In this document: piece after piece, positions 11,456 through 20,811 of the stretch
How the letters are laid out: every line of letters begins with the position of its first letter
How positions within the stretch are numbered: position 1 is the stretch's first letter
NCBI GenBank assembly: GCA_000002435.2
Contig: CM018790.1
DNA: 64,000 nt
Strand: one strand, 5' to 3'
Source: Giardia intestinalis
Taxonomy: Eukaryota
Position numbers and translations under genes: made by a program
The notes under the pieces: generated by a model
The model's database searches: none
What the model was told of the DNA's origin: nothing
What the model saw: the letters and a program-made list of their open reading frames with translations, nothing else

Positions 11456-12169
11456 TTAGCTTGCCATGCGCTCCAAGAGTCGTGCTTGATAGATGGCCTC
11501 ATCAACGCTCATCTGCTGCGTCTTGTGGGCCCATTCGTGTTTCAACTGAGTAACACGTAGCTGACTTGGGGAGGTCTTCGCATCCATAAGTGCATCAATA
11601 TTGACGAGGGTATCTGCGTCGGTGTTGCTCTCCAAGGCTTTCGTTATGGACTCAACGTGCGTTCGCAAACAAGGCTTAACTTGATAGCCCTTTTTATAGT
11701 CATTATACCGCGCAAATAGCTGCCTAACTTCGCCTTCCGAGTGCTGCAGATCGTTGAGTTCGATGTCTCTTGCAATTGCAGCGTAGTCTTCGCCATACTT
11801 GGCCATAGCCGCCTCCACAAATTCTCTGTAAGGCCGAAACATGGCCACACGCTTGACCTCCTCGTATATTGAGCAACGTATCCCCTTGTTTTCTATAGTT
11901 CCAACTTTCTCCTGCTTCTCTTCGGGTAGTGGCGCTGCACATCGGGCAGGATTCATCCTGTCCTGATACATGGCAGACCTACTGTCAACAAAGTGATCTG
12001 TCACTTTTGTTGTTCGCTGGCACGCCTTCTTGGGGTTGACCATTGCGAGAAGGCCGTTCGCCTTGTAGAATTCATGAACAGAAAGCCCTTGCTTCTTAAG
12101 GCGCTTGGGCTCTTTCCCACGGTAGATCTTCCGCGCACGCATGCGCTTCTGACCAACACGCAGAGGCAT
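11456..12169 (-). CDS. Basic nucleolar-type protein, probable ribosome biogenesis factor NOP16-like
   Basis: 237 aa with a Lys/Arg-rich N-terminus (MPLRVGQKRMRARKIYRGKEPKRLKK). The block YGEDYAAIARDIELNDLQHSEGEVRQLFARYNDYKKG resembles NOP16 (HGEDYKAMARDEKNYYQDTPKQIRSKINVYKRF). Confidence 0.45.
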   Translation of the reverse strand: MPLRVGQKRMRARKIYRGKEPKRLKKQGLSVHEFYKANGLLAMVNPKKACQRTTKVTDHFVDSRSAMYQDRMNPARCAAPLPEEKQEKVGTIENKGIRCSIYEEVKRVAMFRPYREFVEAAMAKYGEDYAAIARDIELNDLQHSEGEVRQLFARYNDYKKGYQVKPCLRTHVESITKALESNTDADTLVNIDALMDAKTSPSQLRVTQLKHEWAHKTQQMSVDEAIYQARLLERMAS

Positions 12170-12255
12170 TGCTCGCCGACAGCACGAGGGTTGTTTAAAA
12201 TTACAACAATTTAAAATTCACTTCATAGGATCATTTTTTACCCGGCCTGAATTCG
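12170..12255. promoter_or_regulatory. Short divergent intergenic/promoter region with AT-rich initiator elements
   Basis: 86 bp between the divergent NOP16-like and RPL15 start codons. Contains tttaaaattacaacaatttaaaattcac, typical of Giardia minimal AT-rich promoters. Confidence 0.4.
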
Positions 12256-12870
12256 ATGGGTGCCTACAAGTACGTTCAGGAGCTCTGGCGCAAGAAGCAA
12301 TCCGAGGCCCTCCACTACCTCTTCCGTCTCCGCACATGGGAGTACCGCCAGCTGAACGCGATCAAGCGCTGCAGCCACCCGACTCGCCCTGAGAAGGCTC
12401 GCCGTCTGGGCTACAAGGCCAAGCGGGGCTATGTTGTCTATCGTGTGCGTGTGCGCCGCGGCGGACGTAAACGCCAATGCGTCCACGGCATCTCGTATGG
12501 TAAGCCGAGGAACATTGGTATCGTCGGCCTGAAGCCTAGCCGCTCGCTACGCGCGCTTGCCGAGCAAAAGGTCGGGCGTCGTCTTCCGTCTCTCCGCGTC
12601 TTGAATTCCTACTGGGTTGCCCAGGACGGGTCCTACAAGTGGTACGAGGTCATTCTCATCGATCCGTTCCACCCGTGGATCCGCAACGATCCAAAGATTA
12701 ATTGGATCTGCAACCCGGTCATGAAGCGCCGCGAGTGTCGCGGTCTCACCTCTGCCGGTCGCAAGGCCCGCGGTCTCCACAACAAGGGTATCGGTGCGAT
12801 GAAGCTGAGGCCGTCGAAGAGAGCCGCGTGGAAGCGCAACCACACCCGCTCCCTCCGCCGCTACAGATAG
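12256..12870 (+). CDS. RPL15: 60S ribosomal protein L15e
   Basis: 204 aa. Near-collinear identity to eukaryotic RPL15: MGAYKY(V/I)QELWRKKQS…[11 protein letters not shown](V/I)YR(V/I)RVRRGGRKR…LRVLNSYWV…EVILIDPFH…[12 protein letters not shown]…RAAWKR. GC-rich codon usage; internal antisense ORFs are artifacts. Confidence 0.95.
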   Translation: MGAYKYVQELWRKKQSEALHYLFRLRTWEYRQLNAIKRCSHPTRPEKARRLGYKAKRGYVVYRVRVRRGGRKRQCVHGISYGKPRNIGIVGLKPSRSLRALAEQKVGRRLPSLRVLNSYWVAQDGSYKWYEVILIDPFHPWIRNDPKINWICNPVMKRRECRGLTSAGRKARGLHNKGIGAMKLRPSKRAAWKRNHTRSLRRYR

Positions 12871-12905
12871 CCTTGCTGCTGCGAGTAAACATCCCGTCAT
12901 TTACA

Positions 12906-13649
12906 CTAGAGGAAGTTCTCCACGAGAGCTTGGTGCATGTCGGCCAGGATGTTCTTCGATGTGAGCTGTCTGATCTTGAAGATAGACTCTATCACTGAGA
13001 TCTCTGTCGCCGACGTGTCCCTGCCAACAAACCCACACCAGTCATTAACCACAACACCAGAGCCTATGGTCGGCGAGCCCCGGTTGACGGTCCCGGCGCA
13101 GACGGGGACTGTTAGCAGCGACGCCAGCTCGTCCTGCTCTTGCCGGCTTGTCATAGGATGGACGAGGCACCCACTATTATTAAATTTGGAGTACGTCCCT
13201 ACAAGGGCCTGCCCTGCGATGGTTTGTCGGAAAACCTCAACTCCGAGGACGTCTGAGATAATCTCCTCTGTCTCTCTGTCCAAGTCAGGATGAATCAGCG
13301 CTACGTGGTCGTTGCATGCTATCACATTTCCAAGAGCCGAGAGCCTCTCGTCGACGCGCTGAACGATAATATCATCTGGAAGGCTATTCCGTATGTGAAG
13401 CATCTCCTGGTCCTGAACATTGTTAGGAAGGAGCAGCCCCTTTCGGTTCCCAACAGTGGTGCGCCCGACGACGATGCTTGAATTGATTGTTGTGCGAATG
13501 ACCGGCAGACCGTGAGGAACGAGGATAGACTCTATGGCCGAGTAGTAGTTCATGGCCCCTGACGGCGCGACAAGCGCATACCTATTTGTGAGAAGGGTGA
13601 AGACGCCGATGTCGCTGGAGGACTCGTACGTGACACGATGGGTCATCAA
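12906..13649 (-). CDS. EIF6: Eukaryotic translation initiation factor 6 (eIF6)
   Basis: 247 aa. Strong collinear match to eIF6: [67 protein letters not shown]…GGLVHP…[20 protein letters not shown]. Confidence 0.95.
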   Translation of the reverse strand: MMTHRVTYESSSDIGVFTLLTNRYALVAPSGAMNYYSAIESILVPHGLPVIRTTINSSIVVGRTTVGNRKGLLLPNNVQDQEMLHIRNSLPDDIIVQRVDERLSALGNVIACNDHVALIHPDLDRETEEIISDVLGVEVFRQTIAGQALVGTYSKFNNSGCLVHPMTSRQEQDELASLLTVPVCAGTVNRGSPTIGSGVVVNDWCGFVGRDTSATEISVIESIFKIRQLTSKNILADMHQALVENFL

Positions 13650-13771
13650 TTATTATTCCTAAGAAAAATAGACATGGAAACTATAAGTTCATGCGCAATA
13701 CTCAGAAAAATAAAAAAATGTTTTCATTTTGAAATGAGATTGCTTCCTTATTTTGGCCGGACCGCGACAGC
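13650..13771. promoter_or_regulatory. Bidirectional AT-rich promoter region shared by eIF6 (-) and RPS3 (+)
   Basis: 122 bp between divergent start codons. Strongly AT-rich (…aaaaatagacatggaaactataag…aaaaataaaaaaatgttttcattttgaaatgag…). Confidence 0.4.
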
Positions 13772-14425
13772 ATGCCCAGGATCGTTAGGCGCGACGAGGA
13801 GAACGTCTACTACTCGAAGTATCTCAACGACTGCATCATGGAGGCAGAACTTCACGAGTTCTTTTCGCGTGAGCTGGTCGACGCCGGCTATGCCTCCTGC
13901 TCTCTCTGTCGTACCATCGACTCGATCTGCGTGATAATCCAGTGTGCCGAGCCAGAGGTGGTTATGGGCGACAACCACTACCGTCTTCATAAGATCGAGT
14001 ATCTCCTCGCTGGCAGGTTCATGTGCGATCCCAAGAACTTCAACATTTGGGTCGACAAGATAATTAAGCGCGGGCTTAGCGCCGAGATCATGGTTGATAA
14101 CCTTCGTGCAAAGCTCGAGGAGGCGATGCCGATCCGCAGAGCAGCCTACTCAATCATCAGAACCGCGATGCGTGCCGGGGCTGCAGGCTGCGAGGTCATT
14201 GTTGCCGGTAAGCTCCGCGCTCAGCGTGCCCGTGCAAACAAGTTTAAAGAGGGCTGCTTGATCTCGACGGGCCACCCGAAGCGTATCTTCCTGGCAGAGG
14301 CGACGCGCCACATAAAGATGAGGCAGGGTGTTATTGGCGTCAAGGTCCGCATCTATAACCCGAACATCCGTGGTGCGGTCATGCCGGATAAGATTGAGAT
14401 AGGAGCGTTCTCCCGCCAAAAGTAA
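13772..14425 (+). CDS. RPS3: 40S ribosomal protein S3
   Basis: 217 aa. KH-domain region and C-terminal domain are collinear with RPS3: [16 protein letters not shown] ~ [51 protein letters not shown] ~ [50 protein letters not shown] ~ HVLLRQGVLGIKVKI. Confidence 0.9.
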   Translation: [217 protein letters not shown]

Positions 14426-14815
14426 ATACGCTCCCACAACGCTTTCCCTTCTGCGTCAAAGTGTGGTTGCGGCCTCGTCTCTCCCATAGTATCACGGTTC
14501 GTGATGCGTGGCCATACAATCGTACACAGATCCAGTATCTTCTCGCCTAGCAGCTTGTTTGTAGGATGATACCGGAGAACCGCCCGGCGGGTCTCTTCCT
14601 CAATACTCTCGTCAGGATACCTCTGGGCCAGCACTAGGCGCGGGCCACGCGGAGAGACTCGGGGAACCGGACGAGAGGCGCCCTGCGTCGGACTGGGGCA
14701 GCGGGTGAGCGGGGGCCAGGGCCGCGAGGGATTGCTTCCGGGCCTCTGCCTCACGCCGACCCTCGCCGCCTGCTCAGATATCTGCACGGAGCCGCGTGGA
14801 GCAGCTGGAAACGCA

Positions 14816-14840
14816 TTTACTACCTAAGTCACATCTAAGT
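14816..14840 (-). terminator. Extended VSP-type polyadenylation signal, left copy
   Basis: Reverse complement reads …acttaggtagtaaat just after the TAG stop. This matches the conserved VSP 3' motif ACTYAGRTAGTRAAY that contains the Giardia poly(A) signal AGTRAAY. Confidence 0.55.
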
Positions 14841-15443
14841 CTACGCTTTGCCTCTACAGAGGAACCACCAGCAGAGGAAGCCGACGAGGCCCCCGACGAC
14901 GATGACAGCGGCCACAGCGATGCCAGCGATGGCGCCAGTGGAGAGGCCGCTCTTGTTGGCGCTAGAAGGCACGCACTTTTTATCATCACCTAGAACAAAT
15001 CCATCGTTACACTCTGTGCACGTGCCGTCGGGACATGATTTGCAGTTAGGAAGATCGCAGCCAGCAGGCGCGTCCGCGCAGGTGTTCGGAGCCGATCCGT
15101 CGCCGTACGGGCAGTTATCGTAGCACCCGCCCTTGTAGAGCTTCTGCGTCTGGGTACACGCCGTGCAGGTTCCATCTGTGCTTCCCGACCCAGGCGTGCA
15201 CATGTTTGCCTGGGCCTGCTGCGTGCAGGCGCCGTTGACCGGGACATACCCGCTCTTGCATTTGGAGCAGTACGTTTTGCCATTGATCGTCACGTCGCAC
15301 TTGCCGGCGGCGCAGTTTGTCGCGCCGGGGTCTGCGGCGTCGCACGGCGTTGGGGCAGAGACCGCTGCTTTTGCTTCTTCTACTACTTGGACCGCCTGGG
15401 CTAATTGCAGAATAAAGCTCACAAAAAGAAGCTTACTCAACAT
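14841..15443 (-). CDS. vsp: Variant-specific surface protein (VSP), small 200-aa member, left copy
   Basis: Signal peptide MLSKLLFVSFILQLAQA. Multiple CxxC motifs (CSKC, CTAC, CKSC, CTEC) and a GGCY motif. One TM helix (AIAGIAVAAVIVVGGLVGFLCWWFL) followed by the invariant C-terminal CRGKA. Identical to the copy at 18545-19147(+). Confidence 0.92.
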   Translation of the reverse strand: MLSKLLFVSFILQLAQAVQVVEEAKAAVSAPTPCDAADPGATNCAAGKCDVTINGKTYCSKCKSGYVPVNGACTQQAQANMCTPGSGSTDGTCTACTQTQKLYKGGCYDNCPYGDGSAPNTCADAPAGCDLPNCKSCPDGTCTECNDGFVLGDDKKCVPSSANKSGLSTGAIAGIAVAAVIVVGGLVGFLCWWFLCRGKA

Positions 15444-16258
15444 TGATTCTGTGGCTATGTATTGGTATTTGTAAAAAGACTTGCTGTGTGAACTATCAAC
15501 TAGATTGTCAGTTGATAAAGCTGATGCAAACGCGGACTCATAGGAGAAAGAATCCTCCTAGCTTACAAAGTGCTAAGCAATGCGTACTAGATAATAACAG
15601 CTGAATAAGAATAGAACATTCAAGTGCCTCGGTATGAAAACTGAAAGTGAACTGAACTTTGATTACACGGAGAGCCACTTGCTGTTATGCTGGAGCTTTA
15701 CCAGTGCAGAATCATGTAATCGAACGCACATTTAGGTAGTAGACGCATCCACATGCTGCGTCGCACAAAAAGGCCTTATAGGCTGCCCAGTGGACCCACG
15801 CTCGTTGTCTTAGTGGTCGGAACAAAGTTTGGGGATGTTACGGCTGGGTTATCGCTTGCGGGCATGGTTTAGTAATCCCACGAGTAAATTTTCGCTTAAT
15901 TCCTAGCCAGACCGGACGAGAGTTGGTCATGGATAGCATAACGAGAGAGTCCTCTCCAGTGATATATTCAAAGTCTGGGCATTCCTCGGCCGCTCCATGA
16001 GGATATGCTCTGTCTGGATATCCATGCCGATCTGCCTTGAATTCAAGCCTTCTCGCAGGCTCTCTGCTCTACCCGTGGCGCCTCTCCTTGGTCTTCCTTC
16101 GTGGCTGGTGAGGCTCCGGTCGCTGTCCTTTTTTAGATGCCCCGTCTGTCAGGAGCTGCCATCGGGCTCTCCACTGGCTGGGCCCTCGGTGTCCGGTCAG
16201 CTGTGGCTCGGGCAGTGCTCCTACAGTCGTAGTCACCTGGGTCCCGGTGGGTCCGGCT

Positions 16259-16289
16259 GGTGGGGAGGCAGGGGTATGGGGCGGTGGGG
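16259..16289 (+). other. Canonical G-quadruplex-forming motif at the inner edge of the left repeat arm
   Basis: GGGGGGAGGCAGGGGTATGGGGCGGTGGGGG: four or more G-tracts of at least 4 nt with loops of 5 nt or less. A mirror copy lies at about 17698-17728, G-rich on the minus strand. Confidence 0.6.
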
Positions 16290-16492
16290 GCCGGTCAGCA
16301 GGCATCGGCGAGAGGCGGCCTGACTGCGCATGCAGATGCGAGTGTTGGATGGGACGCCATGGGCTGGATGAAGCAGCCCCGTGCAAGGGCCAAAGCCCTG
16401 CCTGCAGAGTCATGCTCTAAGACAGTCATTTTAAAACAAAAACAATAAGGAGACACACTTAAAACGGCCGTTCCCAAAATAATAAATCCACG

Positions 16493-17350
16493 ATGCGCGC
16501 TGCTCCGCCTGGGGCTGCACCAACAGCTCCTAGGGTGTCTGAGTTTACCTTCGAGCAGCTTCGTGGACTACTGGGTAACGTGCTGGGCAGAGGTGCCATG
16601 GGTACAGTCTACGCTCTCAGGGGCTATCAGGGCCTCGCCGTGAAGGAGATCCGGCTCGACAGCCTGAACGAGAAGGCTATCGACGCCCTCATGCTTGAAC
16701 TAGATGTTCTCCCTGGCCTTCACCACCCAGGGGTTCTCAGATACCACCAAGTGATCAAAGGCAACGACCTCGTCTACATCGTCATGGATCGCCACAGCAG
16801 GACTCTTAATGACCTCGTTATCGAGTGCAAGCAGGGGGACAGACCTATCTCTGTTACTATGATCCTCTCAAGTGTGAGGCAGCTCGTCGCCGCCCTCGCC
16901 TACCTCCACAGCGTCAGCGGAGTGGGTGCCGACGGCCACCCCTACCAGGGCCTCGTCCACCGCGACCTCAAGCCTGCCAACGTCCTCATCAGTAAAAAGG
17001 GAAAGCGCTTCATCATCGCCGACTTCGGCCTCTGCAAGGACGCCCTGAGATGCGGGAGCACCTATGCAGGGACGCCACTATACATGGCCCCCGAGACCCT
17101 TATCCGCAACAAGACCAGTCCCGCCTCCGACGTGTGGAGCCTCGGGGTCATCCTCTACGAGCTTACTACTCTGAGGAGACCGGACTTCTTGGGGGGCAAG
17201 GAGCCAGCAGAGGTCTTCATCGATGGGTGGAGGCCGGACCTGAGCGGTGTCACTGATGGCTTCATAAAGAGTGTTCTGGAGCGGATATTCGTGCTGGAGC
17301 CAGAGAGGAGGCCGACGGCCAGGGAGCTGTGCGAGATGCTCAGACAGTAA
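16493..17350 (+). CDS. Ser/Thr protein kinase, Nek-type, kinase domain only
   Basis: 285 aa with a complete catalytic core: Gly loop GRGAMGTV, VAIK-type Lys (LAVKEI), catalytic loop VHRDLKPANVLI, DFG (IADFGLC), APE (YMAPE). The Nek family is massively expanded in Giardia and is commonly fused to ankyrin repeats. It sits in the unique spacer between the two VSP repeat arms. Confidence 0.75.
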   Translation: MRAAPPGAAPTAPRVSEFTFEQLRGLLGNVLGRGAMGTVYALRGYQGLAVKEIRLDSLNEKAIDALMLELDVLPGLHHPGVLRYHQVIKGNDLVYIVMDRHSRTLNDLVIECKQGDRPISVTMILSSVRQLVAALAYLHSVSGVGADGHPYQGLVHRDLKPANVLISKKGKRFIIADFGLCKDALRCGSTYAGTPLYMAPETLIRNKTSPASDVWSLGVILYELTTLRRPDFLGGKEPAEVFIDGWRPDLSGVTDGFIKSVLERIFVLEPERRPTARELCEMLRQ

Positions 17351-17366
17351 ACAGCGACCTGTCCTC

Positions 17367-17483
17367 TCTGCCACAGCTTTTATGATAGCGGCCTCCCATG
17401 GCCACGCAGACCGTGTCAAGGTGCTCCTAGAGAAGGAAGGGAGGATGCAGGATAGCTATGGACAGACAGCCCTCATGGTCTGA
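17367..17483 (+). pseudogene. Frameshifted, truncated ankyrin-repeat remnant downstream of the Nek kinase (degenerate Nek-ankyrin C-terminus)
   Basis: In the +1 frame, immediately after the kinase stop, the sequence reads SATAFMIAASHGHADRVKVLLEKEGRMQDSYGQTALMV*. This is a single Giardia-type ankyrin repeat (…GH.E.VK.LLEKEG.MQ…G.TALM) ended by a stop. No further repeats follow before the right repeat arm. Confidence 0.45.
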
Positions 17484-18544
17484 GGGCGAGGATGAATGTA
17501 GGCAGCAGGCAGAGGCTCCCCTCTACTCCTGCAAAGGGACGACCAGGAGCCCAGTGTGATCGTCGGTGCCTGGCTTATATCTCGTGCAGCGCGGGCTGGA
17601 GATCAGACACAATCACCCTAGCAAACAGAGTAGGGATCACTCACCACTCCGCTGGCCCACCGGACCCAGGGGCGCATACAACCATCACCAACCTCAGCCC
17701 TCACCGCCCCATACCCCTGCCTCCCCACCAGCCGGACCCACCGGGACCCAGGTGACTACGACTGTAGGAGCACTGCCCGAGCCACAGCTGACCGGACACC
17801 GAGGGCCCAGCCAGTGGAGAGCCCGATGGCAGCTCCTGACAGACGGGGCATCTAAAAAAGGACAGCGACCGGAGCCTCACCAGCCACGAAGGAAGACCAA
17901 GGAGAGGCGCCACGGGTAGAGCAGAGAGCCTGCGAGAAGGCTTGAATTCAAGGCAGATCGGCATGGATATCCAGACAGAGCATATCCTCATGGAGCGGCC
18001 GAGGAATGCCCAGACTTTGAATATATCACTGGAGAGGACTCTCTCGTTATGCTATCCATGACCAACTCTCGTCCGGTCTGGCTAGGAATTAAGCGAAAAT
18101 TTACTCGTGGGATTACTAAACCATGCCCGCAAGCGATAACCCAGCCGTAACATCCCCAAACTTTGTTCCGACCACTAAGACAACGAGCGTGGGTCCACTG
18201 GGCAGCCTATAAGGCCTTTTTGTGCGACGCAGCATGTGGATGCGTCTACTACCTAAATGTGCGTTCGATTACATGATTCTGCACTGGTAAAGCTCCAGCA
18301 TAACAGCAAGTGGCTCTCCGTGTAATCAAAGTTCAGTTCACTTTCAGTTTTCATACCGAGGCACTTGAATGTTCTATTCTTATTCAGCTGTTATTATCTA
18401 GTACGCATTGCTTAGCACTTTGTAAGCTAGGAGGATTCTTTCTCCTATGAGTCCGCGTTTGCATCAGCTTTATCAACTGACAATCTAGTTGATAGTTCAC
18501 ACAGCAAGTCTTTTTACAAATACCAATACATAGCCACAGAATCA

Positions 18545-19147
18545 ATGTTGAGTAAGCTTCTTTTTGTGAGCTTTATTCTGCAATTAGCCCAGGCGGTCCA
18601 AGTAGTAGAAGAAGCAAAAGCAGCGGTCTCTGCCCCAACGCCGTGCGACGCCGCAGACCCCGGCGCGACAAACTGCGCCGCCGGCAAGTGCGACGTGACG
18701 ATCAATGGCAAAACGTACTGCTCCAAATGCAAGAGCGGGTATGTCCCGGTCAACGGCGCCTGCACGCAGCAGGCCCAGGCAAACATGTGCACGCCTGGGT
18801 CGGGAAGCACAGATGGAACCTGCACGGCGTGTACCCAGACGCAGAAGCTCTACAAGGGCGGGTGCTACGATAACTGCCCGTACGGCGACGGATCGGCTCC
18901 GAACACCTGCGCGGACGCGCCTGCTGGCTGCGATCTTCCTAACTGCAAATCATGTCCCGACGGCACGTGCACAGAGTGTAACGATGGATTTGTTCTAGGT
19001 GATGATAAAAAGTGCGTGCCTTCTAGCGCCAACAAGAGCGGCCTCTCCACTGGCGCCATCGCTGGCATCGCTGTGGCCGCTGTCATCGTCGTCGGGGGCC
19101 TCGTCGGCTTCCTCTGCTGGTGGTTCCTCTGTAGAGGCAAAGCGTAG
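18545..19147 (+). CDS. vsp: Variant-specific surface protein (VSP), right copy, identical to 14841-15443(-)
   Basis: Same 200-aa protein with signal peptide, CxxC motifs, GGCY motif, TM helix and CRGKA tail. It is oriented head-to-head with the left copy, so both promoters face the central spacer. Confidence 0.92.
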   Translation: MLSKLLFVSFILQLAQAVQVVEEAKAAVSAPTPCDAADPGATNCAAGKCDVTINGKTYCSKCKSGYVPVNGACTQQAQANMCTPGSGSTDGTCTACTQTQKLYKGGCYDNCPYGDGSAPNTCADAPAGCDLPNCKSCPDGTCTECNDGFVLGDDKKCVPSSANKSGLSTGAIAGIAVAAVIVVGGLVGFLCWWFLCRGKA

Positions 19148-19173
19148 ACTTAGATGTGACTTAGGTAGTAAAT
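19148..19173 (+). terminator. Extended VSP-type polyadenylation signal, right copy
   Basis: acttagatgtgacttaggtagtaaat directly after the TAG stop. Contains the ACTYAGRTAGTRAAY-like motif. Confidence 0.55.
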
Positions 19174-19458
19174 GCGTTTCCAGCTGCTCCACGCGGCTCC
19201 GTGCAGATATCTGAGCAGGCGGCGAGGGTCGGCGTGAGGCAGAGGCCCGGAAGCAATCCCTCGCGGCCCTGGCCCCCGCTCACCCGCTGCCCCAGTCCGA
19301 CGCAGGGCGCCTCTCGTCCGGTTCCCCGAGTCTCTCCGCGTGGCCCGCGCTGCGCCGTGCATCCCGGCGGCGCTGGGCCGTCCAAGAGTCCCCGTGACAC
19401 TTTTGCATCCATCCATCGTAGAATTTTATGCGCGACTGTAGCTGTTTAGTCCCTGCGC

Positions 19459-19531
19459 GGGCGGTTAGCTCAGTTGGTAGAGCGCGTGCTTCGCAAGCAC
19501 GAGGCCGGGGGTTCGACTCCCCCATCGTCCA
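19459..19531 (+). tRNA. tRNA-Ala (anticodon CGC)
   Basis: 73-nt cloverleaf folded by hand. Acceptor stem GGGCGGT/ATCGTCC with the G3:U70 alanine identity pair. D-arm GCTC-AGTTGGTA-GAGC (A-box). Anticodon stem CGTGC/GCACG with loop TTCGCAA, giving anticodon CGC. 5-nt variable loop. T-arm GGGGG-TTCGACT-CCCCC (B-box). Discriminator A. Followed by a TTTT Pol III terminator at 19533-19536. Confidence 0.85.
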
Positions 19532-19539
19532 CTTTTCAA

Positions 19540-20481
19540 ATGTCTGCGACGACGACGCTCTTCGAGGGCGATCTCCACTTCGCCCTTGCTCCAGACCTCG
19601 AGGCTCCAGAGTCGTGCGTCTACGCCGTGCAGGTTGGGGACCCCCGCCTTATCTCCATTATTCGGCCTCGGACCACAAATCTTCGCTCCGTCATTGATCC
19701 GCGAAGCATTGAGTTGACTGAGAATCCCATCGTCCTAGAGTTTCTCACAAATAAGGAACGAGAACCCTACACTGTTCGTGGGAAACAAGCTGCGCTAACA
19801 GGCGATATGATACAAGCCCCAGCTTTCGGGCTCGAAACCACAAAGCAACACGTCCTTTCTTTCGTTTTGACAGATTGTACGACAAATATCCGATTCAATG
19901 TCATCTCCAGGCCTGAAAGCACCCTCCGCGGACTGTGCCTCAGTGTACCAAACAACTTCCTTGACAGTCTTCGGGCACAAGAACGACAAGAGTCCGGTTC
20001 ACTCCACATCTTATCGGGCAACGCGGTATGGTTGATGCGCTTACTCAAGGCGAGTTGTGAAAGCGATGGGCGTAGAGATAAACCTGACGAGGATGTTCTC
20101 ACGTCGGATAGAGGTGCACTCTCTCAAATGCTCTTCACAAGTCTCCAGACCACTAGGAATGTAATCTCAACAACTAAGAGTTGGACGCAATCGGACAATG
20201 TTGACAACGAAGAGAGTAAAAGCTCTTCTACGAAAAAGGATGAGGAAAGCGTGCTTAGCATAGACGAATCCAAAGAAGCTAGCGATGATGATGTTGATGA
20301 CACAGAGAACAGAAAGGAGCAGAGGCAGCAACGTCAACGCGAAAAAAAGCGCGGGGCCCTTCAGGGAAATGACGAAGAAAGCGACAACAGCGACCCTCTA
20401 GATGGTGATGGCGTCTCGGCATCCTCCAGGCAGACCACGCGGCCAACTTATGAGGGGTATCCCAGTCGACAGCGGTTATAA
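19540..20481 (+). CDS. Hypothetical protein with an acidic/Ser-rich and Lys/Arg/Gln-rich C-terminus
   Basis: The ORF track begins at 19474 with a TTG inside the tRNA gene. The first ATG (MSATTTLFEGDL…) is at 19540. No motif I recognise. Confidence 0.45.
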   Translation: MSATTTLFEGDLHFALAPDLEAPESCVYAVQVGDPRLISIIRPRTTNLRSVIDPRSIELTENPIVLEFLTNKEREPYTVRGKQAALTGDMIQAPAFGLETTKQHVLSFVLTDCTTNIRFNVISRPESTLRGLCLSVPNNFLDSLRAQERQESGSLHILSGNAVWLMRLLKASCESDGRRDKPDEDVLTSDRGALSQMLFTSLQTTRNVISTTKSWTQSDNVDNEESKSSSTKKDEESVLSIDESKEASDDDVDDTENRKEQRQQRQREKKRGALQGNDEESDNSDPLDGDGVSASSRQTTRPTYEGYPSRQRL

Positions 20482-20512
20482 TTATACATAGAGTTATGAA
20501 TATAACTACAAA

Positions 20513-20758
20513 ATGCGTAATAAATTTGAAATGAAGCTTCACTTTGTCATGTGCTTGCAGTGCGGTTCCAGGCCGAGGTACGACGGGATGCGCCAGTACT
20601 TCAAGCAGAAGAACGTGGACGCGGAATTTTCGTTCGAGGCGGGCCCCGATGGCTCCTTTGAGGTGTCGATGGACGGCACCCAGATTTACAGCAAGTTAGA
20701 GACAGGCAAGTACCCGACCCCTCCTGAGCTTCTTGCTATCATTGAGTCCAAGAAGTAG
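20513..20758 (+). CDS. Small SelW/Rdx-family-like thioredoxin-fold protein with a CxxC motif
   Basis: About 75-81 aa. N-terminal CLQCGS (CxxC where SelW has CxxU), then …FEVSMDGTQIYSKLETGKYPTPPELLAIIESKK, resembling the SelW pattern FEV…G.LIHSKK.GDGY…LV.AIK. The probable true start is the internal Met at 20531 (MKLHFVM…). Confidence 0.4.
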   Translation: MRNKFEMKLHFVMCLQCGSRPRYDGMRQYFKQKNVDAEFSFEAGPDGSFEVSMDGTQIYSKLETGKYPTPPELLAIIESKK

Positions 20759-20811
20759 CTCCTCAAGTGTTTGAGTAAATTGATCCCGTTTAAATTTTCT
20801 ATCTCTTCCAA

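Larger units (their letters stand above)
14638..16285. repeat. Left arm of a large inverted duplication, about 1648 bp. It is the reverse complement of 17702-19350.
   Basis: The two arms matched exactly at every position I compared, which covered the outer junctions, 14641-14670, 15421-15540 and 16257-16285 but not the entire arm length. All six-frame ORFs in this arm are duplicated identically on the opposite strand of the right arm (e.g. 14841-15443(-) = 18545-19147(+); 15163-15474(+) = 18514-18825(-)). Junctions were located where the reverse-complement match breaks down: outer at 14638/19350, inner at 16285/17702. Confidence 0.85.
17702..19350. repeat. Right arm of the inverted duplication (reverse complement of 14638-16285)
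   Basis: See the left-arm entry; it matched the left arm exactly at every position compared. It ends 108 bp before the tRNA-Ala gene. Confidence 0.85.
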